The notes under the pieces: model-generated
The model's input: only the letters and a program-made list of their open reading frames with translations
What the model was told of the DNA's origin: nothing
Database searches by the model: none
Assembly: GCA_021849125.1 (NCBI GenBank)
Contig: JAJZTG010000003.1
Location: forward strand, 2,133 to 66,132
Length of the DNA stretch: 64,000 nucleotides
Reading direction: 5' to 3'
Origin: a bacterium
GTDB lineage: Bacteria; Patescibacteriota; Minisyncoccia; Phycocordibacterales; Phycocordibacteraceae
Position numbers and translations under genes: made by a program
In this document: piece by piece, positions 30,061 through 40,000 of the stretch
Numbering within the stretch: the first letter of the stretch is position 1
Layout: each line of letters opens with the position of its first letter

Positions 30061-31038
30061 ATGGCATTTGTCGATGAGGCGCGAGTACATGCGGAAGCAG
30101 GAAAGGGTGGCGATGGGGTCATCCGGTGGCTTCGTACCAAAGAGACCGCACGCGGCGGACCGTCGGGTGGCGATGGCGGGAACGGCGGCGACGTCGTGAT
30201 GGTCGGCGTACGCGACCTTGCAGCTCTTGCGCACTATCGATACGAAAAGAAATTCCGTGCAGAGAACGGTGAGGCGGGACGGAACGAACTGCAGCATGGG
30301 GCTAACGGCAAAGATGTCGAGCTCAAGGTCCCGGTCGGGACGGTTGCGCGAGTCGTCGATACGGGCGAAGAGTACGAGATCACAAAAGAGGATGAACGAA
30401 TCGTCCTCTTCAAAGGGGGGCGTGGCGGTCTCGGCAACGCACAGTTCAAAAGCTCGACCAACCAGAATCCGTTCCAGCAGACGCCGGGGAAGCCCGGGGA
30501 AGCGGGGGACGTCGAATTCACGCTCAAGATCATCGCTGACGTCGGTTTCGTAGGGCTCCCGAATGCCGGTAAGTCATCGCTCCTGAACGCGCTCACTCGA
30601 GCAAAATCGAAGATCGGCGACTACCCGTTTACGACACTCGAACCGAACCTCGGTGATTTTTATGGATATATCCTTGCTGACATTCCCGGTCTCATCGAAG
30701 GCGCCTCGTCCGGGCGAGGTCTTGGTACGAAATTCTTGCGGCATGTCGAACGTACCGGATTCTTGCTGCATCTCGTCTCGGCTGACCAAGAAGATCCTCT
30801 TGCAGCGTATAGGGAAGTAAGGAATGAGATAGAAGCTTTCGGGAAAAGCCTTTCCGAGAAGCGCGAGATCCTCGTTCTTTCCAAGATGGACCTTGTTCCC
30901 GAGGAATCTTGGGCGGCCTTGACCCTTAAGATGGCGACCGAGACGGGCAGGGAAGTGCTCGCTGTCTCGGTCGAAGACCCTGACTTGCTCAAGGCATTTT
31001 CAGACAAGCTTACGATGCTTCTTTCCGGTCGGGCCTAG
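30061..31038 (+). CDS. obg: GTPase Obg/CgtA
   Basis: Glycine-rich Obg fold (GGDGGNGGDV). G1 GLPNAGKSSLL and G3 DIPG motifs. Confidence 0.9.
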   Translation: MAFVDEARVHAEAGKGGDGVIRWLRTKETARGGPSGGDGGNGGDVVMVGVRDLAALAHYRYEKKFRAENGEAGRNELQHGANGKDVELKVPVGTVARVVDTGEEYEITKEDERIVLFKGGRGGLGNAQFKSSTNQNPFQQTPGKPGEAGDVEFTLKIIADVGFVGLPNAGKSSLLNALTRAKSKIGDYPFTTLEPNLGDFYGYILADIPGLIEGASSGRGLGTKFLRHVERTGFLLHLVSADQEDPLAAYREVRNEIEAFGKSLSEKREILVLSKMDLVPEESWAALTLKMATETGREVLAVSVEDPDLLKAFSDKLTMLLSGRA

Positions 31039-31062
31039 GGTCGGTTTTGAGCCCGCTTTTTG

Positions 31063-31078
31063 CTATACTGAAGGAGCT
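31063..31078 (+). promoter_or_regulatory. extended -10 TGCTATACT followed by SD GAAGGAG
   Basis: Immediately upstream of the gatB ATG at 31081. Confidence 0.5.
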
Positions 31079-31080
31079 AT

Positions 31081-32499
31081 ATGGAATATCGTCCGACTAT
31101 AGGGCTCGAGATCCACGCGGAACTCAAGACCAAGACCAAGATGTTCTGCGACTCTGCGAACGATCCGGACGAGACTCGGCCGAACGTGAACGTCTGCCCG
31201 GTGTGCATGGCGCACCCTGGTACGCTTCCGGTCATAAACCGTGAGGCAGTCCGTCACATGCTCCGTATCGGTACGGCGGTCGGCGGGAAGATTGCCGACT
31301 TCAGCGAGTTCGACCGCAAGAGCTATTTCTATCCGGATATTCCGAAGGGATATCAGATCTCGCAATATGAATACCCGCTCATCTCGGGCGGTGAGCTGGC
31401 GGGCGTCGCGATCACACGCGTGCATCTCGAGGAAGACACGGCACGTTCATCGCATGAAGGCGGGAAGAGCCTCGTCGACTTCAACCGTGCGGGCATACCG
31501 CTCATGGAGCTCGTCACCGAGCCGGTGATCCACGACGCCGAGACGGCCGGACGTTTTGCACGCGAGTTGCAACTCCTCTTGCGTACGCTCGGTGCCGGCG
31601 AAGCGAATCTCGAGAAAGGTGAGATGCGCATCGAGGCGAATATCTCCGTTTCGAATGAAGAGGGTGTCTATGGGACGAAGGTCGAAGTGAAGAACCTGAA
31701 CTCGTTCCGTTCGGTCGAACGCGCGATCGCGTTCGAGATCGATCGTCAGGTCGAGCTCATCAAGTCCGGAGGGAAGGTGGTGCAAGAGACGCGCGGGTGG
31801 GATGAAGGGAAGCAAGTGACCTTCCATCAGCGCTTCAAGGAGGGAAGCGCCGACTATCGTTATTTCCCGGAACCCGACCTCCCGAAACTCACGCTTTCCG
31901 AGATACCGGAGTTCTCGACAGAAGCGATCCGTGCGACGCTCCCCGAGCTCCCGTGGGATCGCCGCGCACGGTACGCAGAGTCGTGGGGACTCAAAGAAGC
32001 CGATATCGCTTACCTCTCTGATCCGGACCGAGCCTCGTTTTTCGATACGGTGATCTCAGCACTCGGCAGCGACATCAAGCTCATCACGCTCGCTGTAAAC
32101 TACATCGTGTCCGATCTCGCGGGCATCTTCGCGAAGAACGGTAGCGAAGACTATGCGTCGATCGATCCCTCAGCATTCGCAAAGCTCATCACGCTCGTCG
32201 GGAACGGCGACCTCTCTTCACGCGGTGCGAAGGATACGCTCGCACTCTTCGTTGAGAAGGGTGGCGATCCAGAGACGCTTGCGAAGGAGGCAGGCCTTAT
32301 CCAAGTCCACGACACGGCAGCTCTCAAAGAGGCGGTGAACCAGGTCGTTACAGAAGAGGCTAAGGCAGTCGAGGAGTATCGGGCTGGCAAGGAGGCTGCG
32401 CTCCAGTATCTCCTCGGGAAGAGCATGAAGGCTACCCGTGGAGCAGGGAACCCGGCGGTCCTGAAGGAGCTCCTTATCGAGGCTCTCTCGGGTATCTAA
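31081..32499 (+). CDS. gatB: Asp-tRNA(Asn)/Glu-tRNA(Gln) amidotransferase subunit B
   Basis: IGLEIHAEL, CPVCMAHPGTLPV and the C-terminal GatB/YqeY domain. 472 aa. Confidence 0.9.
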   Translation: MEYRPTIGLEIHAELKTKTKMFCDSANDPDETRPNVNVCPVCMAHPGTLPVINREAVRHMLRIGTAVGGKIADFSEFDRKSYFYPDIPKGYQISQYEYPLISGGELAGVAITRVHLEEDTARSSHEGGKSLVDFNRAGIPLMELVTEPVIHDAETAGRFARELQLLLRTLGAGEANLEKGEMRIEANISVSNEEGVYGTKVEVKNLNSFRSVERAIAFEIDRQVELIKSGGKVVQETRGWDEGKQVTFHQRFKEGSADYRYFPEPDLPKLTLSEIPEFSTEAIRATLPELPWDRRARYAESWGLKEADIAYLSDPDRASFFDTVISALGSDIKLITLAVNYIVSDLAGIFAKNGSEDYASIDPSAFAKLITLVGNGDLSSRGAKDTLALFVEKGGDPETLAKEAGLIQVHDTAALKEAVNQVVTEEAKAVEEYRAGKEAALQYLLGKSMKATRGAGNPAVLKELLIEALSGI

Positions 32500-32521
32500 A
32501 CTCGAACGGTAAAGTGCGTCA

Positions 32522-32554
32522 GACAAGAGGCCCTAGCGGCCTTTTGTCTTTTCC
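32522..32554 (+). terminator. rho-independent terminator
   Basis: GACAAGAGGCC-CTAGC-GGCCTTTTGTC, then TTTTCC. Confidence 0.7.
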
Positions 32555-32609
32555 GATAGAAAAACGTGCGGTTATGCACATGACTCTTCTTTCCGAGCCG
32601 AGATAGCCT

Positions 32610-32615
32610 TATAAT
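32610..32615 (+). promoter_or_regulatory. -10 TATAAT 7 nt upstream of ATG (leaderless candidate)
   Basis: TATAATCAAAGGC-ATG, with no SD. Confidence 0.4.
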
Positions 32616-32622
32616 CAAAGGC

Positions 32623-33420
32623 ATGGATGAAATAATTATTGAAGAAAAGAAATACGTATCGTCTAAGCAAGCTGCAAAGATAACCGGCTATGCGAAAGAT
32701 TATGTAGGGCAACTATGCCGAGAAGGTCGTGTACCGGCTCGTCTCGTCGGGCGTAGTTGGTATGTGCTCGAGTCGGCTATCCAGGATCATCGTTTCGGAG
32801 CGCCTGAGCTATCGGAAGAAGCTTCTAATGAGCCGATTCCGGTCTCGGTAGAGACCCAGGTCATCTCGACTCGCTATGAAGCGGTGGAAACGCCTGTATT
32901 GCCTTCTATAAACCGCTTGCGTGAGGATGTTCCGAGTATGCAGGACCAGGGTGAAGATTCGGAGGATTCAAAATCGCAAGATCTCCGTGATGCCTGGAGC
33001 AATTGGTTTAATGAGCTTCCGGTAGAGGAAAAGTCTGAGGCTGCTACTGAAGCTCCTGAGCCGATAGCGCCAGCAGAAGAAACCTCTCAGGCTATGATGG
33101 AAGAGCTTGAGGAGCCTGCAGCGCCAGTTCCAGAGGAAGAGTCTACTCAAGAGTCTGTATCTATACACATTCTTGATCGTACGTATCGTCCTACACTTGA
33201 GACGCTTGCTCCTCAGCAAGAAGAGTACCCAGCAGCGCCTGTGCGGAAGGATACACAGAAGGGTGCCCCTACTATAAGCCGCGCCGTCCGTGCTTCAGCG
33301 GTCATCATAGCGGTGATTACCGTAGTGCTTGCGGCATTCGGTACAGGTTACTTCGATACATATCTAACCTCGAATAGCCAAGCAGCATACTTAGGAGGAA
33401 TATCTATTTACAATAAATAG
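32623..33420 (+). CDS. membrane-anchored protein with N-terminal excisionase-type HTH (HTH_17) domain, acidic linker and C-terminal TM helix
   Basis: SSKQAAKITGYAKDYVGQLCREGRVPARLVGRSWYVLESAIQDHR matches the HTH_17 pattern. An E/P-rich linker follows. TM helix AVIIAVITVVLAAFGTGYF near the C-terminus. Confidence 0.6.
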   Translation: MDEIIIEEKKYVSSKQAAKITGYAKDYVGQLCREGRVPARLVGRSWYVLESAIQDHRFGAPELSEEASNEPIPVSVETQVISTRYEAVETPVLPSINRLREDVPSMQDQGEDSEDSKSQDLRDAWSNWFNELPVEEKSEAATEAPEPIAPAEETSQAMMEELEEPAAPVPEEESTQESVSIHILDRTYRPTLETLAPQQEEYPAAPVRKDTQKGAPTISRAVRASAVIIAVITVVLAAFGTGYFDTYLTSNSQAAYLGGISIYNK

Positions 33421-33433
33421 CTTATATACTTGT

Positions 33434-33470
33434 AATCTCGCCTCGTGATAACGAGGCGAGATTTTTGTGC
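33434..33470 (+). terminator. rho-independent terminator
   Basis: AATCTCGCCTCG-TGATAA-CGAGGCGAGATTTTTGTG. Confidence 0.85.
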
Positions 33471-34046
33471 CACCAAGATACCATTGGATTTCTCTTGCGG
33501 AGGAAACAGGTACGCAAGAAGTATAAGGTTATCAGTTACGACATCAGGATGGTTGCTTGCTGACGTTTAAAACCACAGATGATCGCCTGCGCGATACACC
33601 AACCTGTAAAAAATAGCCTGTTTACGCAAATAAGAAGATATTCATATATATACATATATATAGCTATATACGGGGACATCTCTCTTTTTTACTAAAATCA
33701 GCCGAACTATCTATAAGATACATAGTTTGTTCGTTTAAACGGAGTATCAATCTCTAGATGAAGAGCCTTTTGGGGCATTTTGGTGTTATTTTGGCCGAAC
33801 TTTCGTTGACGAGAGCTTTCGGAAACGTTCGTGAGGCTCCATAAGACCGTTTGAAGTTGCTTTTTAAGCAGTTCGCGATGCGCATAGTGTCGATCAACGA
33901 ATCTTTCCGAGATATCTGGTCGCTTGTACGAGTGCGCTTCAAGAAAGATTTTTTAGAACCGATACGGTGCATCGATATTATCCACATTAATATGGTTCTT
34001 AATGTCGAAATCCTAAGTTATTATTTAGTTAATTCGGATATCCGAC
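33471..34046. other. AT-rich (~40% GC) intergenic island upstream of giant gene
   Basis: Composition is strongly atypical for this window. Contains an (AT)n/TATATA tract at about 33640..33670. The only ORFs are short and look spurious. Confidence 0.5.
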
Positions 34047-37000
34047 ATGAACTCTCCATTACAAAATCTCGTAACGACAAAAGAGGCAAGTGAGTCGTCG
34101 GGGTACACGTCGGACTATCTTGCGCGACTTGTCCGTTCTGGAGAAATCGAAGGAAGAAAGATCGGCCACAACTGGTTCGTCGATCGGGTGTCGCTCGAAG
34201 AGTTTCGCGACAAGCAGCGGAGTCGAAAGCTTGACCGTGCCCGTGAGCTGAGCGATACGCGCTCGCGTGAATATCACGGGAATCTTCAGGATGCGGGAGC
34301 GCCCGCACGGACCGTCCCTAAGGAGCTCATCCGGAAGACCGCGCTTCCTGCGGCAGAGGTGAGTCTTGCGCCGGTTTCGTTCGCTTCGCACCTGGTCGCT
34401 TTTACCGCAGCGCTTGCGATCGTGGGTGGCGGTGCGTTTGTCGCGCAAGCGAGCGTGGGCATACAAGCTGCAGGCCGCGTCGTTGCATTCGCGCAAGAAG
34501 CCGCAGATGGTTTCAAGATTGCTTTCGGTGATGCACCAGCACAGGTCGCCGCTCGTTTCGCGAATGTTGATACGATGATGCGCACGAGTGCCGATCGTGT
34601 CGCGATGAATGCTGCTTCGGCAGAAGCGGCGTATGCATCGCTACCGCTTGCACAGGTCACGCCGGCGACCATGCGCTCTTTCCTCGTGAAAGGATACGAG
34701 ACTCGTCAACGTGCGGTGTTCGCACAAGTGCCGTCATACAAGACTTCAACGTACGATCCGATCGATTGGGCTACGTTCGGACATGACACATACGCGTTCG
34801 TCACATCGCCGTCACGTATCCATGACGTGCTCAGTAACGCTTATCTCTCGGTAGGCATGAGCGCGTATCGCGGTATCGAGTCCGCGTTTTCCGCCTACGA
34901 AGCGTTCGTGAACCATGCGGGACAAGAGATGCTCGTGCTCGGCACCGCAACACGCGACGCGCTCGTTGCGTCGCCAAGCAAGGTCTCTCGAGCGGCAGTC
35001 GCGCTCGGCGAAGCTGTGCAAGATCTCACGCATGCGGCCATCCGTGCCGATGTTGCGCTCGCGTACGGCACCGCGGAAGCGGCGCCGGCAAGCGCGCGCG
35101 CGGTCGTGGCATTCCTCGGCTCTACGGGAAGTACGCTTGCGAATACGACGGAGCAGATCCCGCATGCGATCGCGGATGGATATCTCGCGGCTGCCGCATG
35201 GCCAGCTACCGCAGGGCCGCAACTCGCGTCGAGCGTATTCGGGCTTGAGTATCAGGCGGCACACCGCTTCGTCACGTTTACGGACGATCTATCGAGCCGA
35301 TACCTTGCCGTAGTCGAGGGCGCCGGAGCGTTTGCGTATGGTGCGACCGAGCATGCGAAATCGGCGGGCAGCCTGCTCGCCGTCGTTCCTGAGTGGCTCA
35401 CTTCAGACTCGCTCGCGCGTACGCATATTCCGCAGGCAGTCGCTGCAGTCGTAGCGGCGGTACCGGATCTCTCGGCGGGTCAACAAGCGGCACTCACGGT
35501 GTACCAGACCGTGAGCGGATTCCTCGGGGCAGCAAAGCATTTCATCGCATCGCTTATCCCGGCACCTCAGAACGTCGCGGTGCAGACGCCGGCACCGGCG
35601 GTCGCGACGACCACCGAGCGTATCATCACTGTTCCGCAGAACGTGACGACCTATCCGACCTACACCACTGTCGTGCGCGGCGCATCGCAAGAGTACGTCG
35701 CGCAGTCGATCTCATCGCTTCGAGCGGAAGTGCTCGCGACGGTCGCGAACATGATTGCTCCGATCGCGCATCAGACCGCGACCAACATCACGACGATCCA
35801 GCAGGTAAACCGCATCCAGGACCTCTCCGATCTCATCGTGCGCAACGGCGACTTCCGCGGCGGTACGTTCGACAACGGCAGGATCACGAACGGCATCTCC
35901 GTATCGGCAAACACGGGAACCTTCACGACGCTTTCGGGAGGGTCGACCTCGCTTGCAACAACGACTATCACTGGCAATCTTACGCTTAACGGTAATCAGA
36001 CGATATCTGGCTCACTCACGATCGGAACGACGACCATCACCGGACCACTTTCCACTTCGGGGACTATTACGGGCACCTACTTTGTCGCCACGAGCACGAC
36101 CGCTACTTCGACCCTTGCCGGTTCGCTTAACATCGATAGTGGGGGCTTCGTATATGCGACGTCGACACGCAACGTCGGCATCGGGGTGCTCTCGCCAGCC
36201 GCGCTTCTTGCTATACAGAACAGTACGTCGACGCAGCCGATCTTTACGGTCAAGAATGCGGCAGGTACCGAGGTATATCGCATCACGGACTCAGGATTCG
36301 TCGGCATCGGCTCCACGAGCCCTACCTACAATCTCGCGGTCGAAGGTACTTCTTCGCTCGGCAACAACGCGATTGCGGGTTACTTCACGGCCACGTCGAC
36401 GACCGCGACTTCGACCTTTGCAGGAGCGCTTGCGGTAGGCACGACTTCTCCCGTCGCAGGTGCGCTCTTCACTGTAGGCACTTCGACGCCACTGCTCCAC
36501 ATCTCAAGCAATACGGGCTACATCGGCATCGGTACGTCCTCTCCCGCGGTCGCTCTCGATCTCTACGCGACGACCGCGATGCGCATCCCGGTCGGTACGA
36601 CCGCCCAGCGTCCTTCTGGCGACGTCGGGTACATCCGCTACAACACCACCACGCATCAGTTCGAGGGTTACGGTGACAATTCCGTCTGGCAAGGGCTTGG
36701 CGGCGTCATCAATGCTGCGCAGACGACCTACATCACGGCCGGTACCGACGACTTCCTTCGTTTCGTTACCTCAAGCGTCGAACGCATGACCATCACCGCC
36801 GCAGGCCTAGTCGGCATCGGCTCCACAAGCCCGACGTACAACTTCTCGGTCGAAGGCACCTCTTCGCTCGGCAACAACGCGATTGCGGGTTACTTCACGG
36901 CCACGTCGACGACCGCGTCGCAGTTCCCCTACGCTTCCACCACGGCGCTTTCCGCCTACAACTCTCTCTTTGCCGGAAGCACGGCTACCTCAACCATCGC

Positions 37001-40000
37001 GGGTGACTACAATGCCTCAAGCATCCGCGGCGCGCTCACGGTCTACGGCAATACGACTTCCGGCTCAGCCAGCTCGCTTACGCTCCAGAGGGGAAGTACG
37101 AACGGTGACAACACGCTCGCCTTCAATGATCAGACCGGCTCGCCGCTCTTGAAGCTCTATACGAGCGCCAATACCGGCTACAGCTACCTCACTGGTTACC
37201 AGAGCTATCTTTCTCTCGGCACGAGTCTCGGTGGGCAGGTGTTGCGTATCGACACCTCGGGGAACATCACCACTACCGCGAACGTCATCCCATCGGCAAA
37301 CCAGACCTACAATCTCGGCTCACCGGCTGTTTACTGGAACAATGCGTACATAAACAACATCGTCGCGAACAACCTCTCCTCAGCCTCGACCTCGATCGCC
37401 GGCACGAACACGAGTTCTTTCAGCATCTATTCGAACAATCCGACCACTGACACTCAGGACATCTCGCTCATCTTCTATCGCGGCGCAGGCGCGTCTTCAA
37501 ACGGCGTCCTCGCATGGAACTCGACCTTGAAGCGTTTCGATCTCAATCAGAACCTTCACATCGTGAATGACTCGACCGCACCCGCTTCGACGACCCTCGT
37601 AGTCCAGGGCGTGTCGGGGCAGACGGGGCCGCTCACAAGCTGGCTCAACTCAGCTGGCGAATATCTCGCCACGCTCACCTCCAGTGGCTCCTTCGGCATC
37701 GGCACATCCTCGCCCTATGCGAGCCTCTCTATCGCAGGCTCGGCGGGAGGCACCTCAAGCCTCTTCGCCATCTCGACCTCGACCGCTGGATACGCGACCA
37801 CCACCGCGCTTTCGGTAGACCGAAACGGCAACCTATCGCTCCTAAACGGCGCGAGCCTTACGGTCTCCGGTACGACCAGTTTCTCTGGCTCATTTAGTCC
37901 GAATGTCGGCAGCAATGTTCTTCTCTCGACCAATGCCTCTGGCAACATCGTCGCGACTTCCTCACCGACGGCGGATTACTTCACCGCGACCAGCACAACC
38001 GCCTCGCAATTTCCCTATGCATCGACCACGGCGATTACAGCAAGCGGTACCGGATACTTCGGTTCTTTGGGCGGTGCAGCCTTCTCCTCGCTTACCACAA
38101 ACTACCTGCCGAAGTGGGGAAATGGTACGTTCTCGAATTCGCTCATCTTTGACAACGGCACCAACGTCGGCATCGGGACGACGAGCCCCTCCGCACTTCT
38201 TTCTATCCAAAACAACGTCTCTACCTCTTCGCCCGTTGTCTCGCTCTTTGATTCAACTGGTGCAACGTCGCTCGAGTTGCGTGCTTCGACCTCGACGCTC
38301 AACAATACCTTCATCGGAGTGAATGCTGGCGCCGTGAACACCACCGGTTCTGCTAATACTGTAATCGGGTACGGATCTTTTCCGGTGAATACCACGGGTT
38401 ATTCGAACGTCGCTGTCGGTTTTAATACGCTCTTTTCAAACACGACCGGATATTCGAATACCGCTCTTGGCATTAATGCGCTCTACACGAACACGTCCGG
38501 GTATGAGAACGTATCTGTCGGTCGTGCTTCTCTCTATTCAAATACAACCGGCACTTGGAACAGCGCCACAGGCTATCGAGCCCTCTACTCAAACACCACA
38601 GGGGTATCAAATACCGCAAATGGTTGGGGTGCTCTCAATAAAACCACGACGGGTTCCTATAACAGCGCCATTGGCGATTCCTCACTGTACTTCAATACGA
38701 CGGGCGCTAGTAACGTCGCTGTGGGCGCAGGCTCGCTCTACTACAATAACGCCGCCACTTCTTCCGTCGCAATCGGTCGTCAAGCCGGTCGCGGTACCGC
38801 CGCCTACGCGAACCAAGGCGGCGTGTACGTGGGCTACCGGTCAGGCTACAGCGCCGCCACCGGTTCAGATTTCAATACGTTTGTAGGCTACACAGCTGGC
38901 TACAACACCACCACAGGCACCTACAACATAGCGAATGGTGCCTATGCTCTCTATTCAAATACAACCGGCAACTTTAACAGTGCTCTTGGTGTGAGTGTCC
39001 TTTATGCCAACACCACCGGCTCGTACAACGTTGCAGACGGTTTTAACACACTTCGTTACAACACCACCGGCTCGTACAACGTTGCAGACGGTACAAACGC
39101 ACTCTTCTCGAACACTACTGGTGCCAACAACGTCGCTGAAGGAGCGAGTGCCCTTTACTACAACGCCTCCGCGACTTCTTCTGTCGCAGTAGGCTACGCC
39201 GCCGCTTCAGGCGCTGCCGCCTACGCGAACCAAGGCGGCGTGTACGTGGGCTACCAGTCAGGCTACAGCGCCGCCACGGGTTCAGATTTCAATACGTTTG
39301 TAGGCTACACAGCCGGATACAATACCACCACAGGCACCTACAACATAGCGAATGGTGCCTATGCTCTCTATTCAAATACAACCGGCAACTTTAACAGTGC
39401 TCTTGGTGTGAGTGTCCTTTATGCCAACACCACCGGCTCGTACAACGTTGCAGACGGTTTTAACACACTTCGTTACAACACCACCGGCTCGTACAACGTT
39501 GCAGACGGTACAAACGCACTCTTCTCGAACACTACTGGTGCCAACAACGTCGCTGAAGGAGCGAGTGCCCTTTACTACAACGCCTCCGCGACTTCTTCTG
39601 TCGCAGTAGGCTACGCCGCCGCTTCAGGCGCTGCCGCCTACGCGAACCAAGGTGGCACCTACCTCGGCTACCAGTCTGGCTATTCCGCAGCCACCGGTTC
39701 CGACTACAACACCCTTGTTGGCTACCAATCCGGCTATGGTATCACCACGGGCTCCAACAACATTTGGATCGGTGCTGCCACTTCTTCAACCGCCATTGCC
39801 AATCTCACTACCGGTTCGCAGAACATCCTTATCGGTAACAACATCTCTCTTCCCAGCGCCACCGCTTCAGGTCAGTTGAACATCGGCAACATCATCTTCG
39901 GTACGGGTATCACTGGAACCGGCTCAACCGTTTCAACGGGAAACATCGGGGTGGGGACGGCGGGGCCGGGGGCGAAGTTGCATATATACGACGGAGGTAC

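Noticed and set aside
31030-31062. Possible terminator hairpin after obg (CGGGCC...GCCCGCTTTTTGC)
   Set aside because: Stem is only 4-5 bp with a 16-nt loop. The T-run more likely belongs to the gatB promoter region.
34047-34250. Possibility that the fibre N-terminus is an autotransporter-type extended signal peptide region (ESPR) rather than an HTH
   Set aside because: The segment matches the HTH_17 pattern (t.kEa....g.s...l.rl...G.i...kiG..w.v....leef). It lacks the ESPR hallmark MNKIYRIIWN...W.VVSE. The TM helix lies ~50 aa further downstream, which is not ESPR-like.
38811-39644. Tandem 417-bp duplication as an assembly artefact
   Set aside because: This cannot be excluded without reads. 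The five point differences between copies argue for two real copies rather than a collapsed or duplicated consensus.
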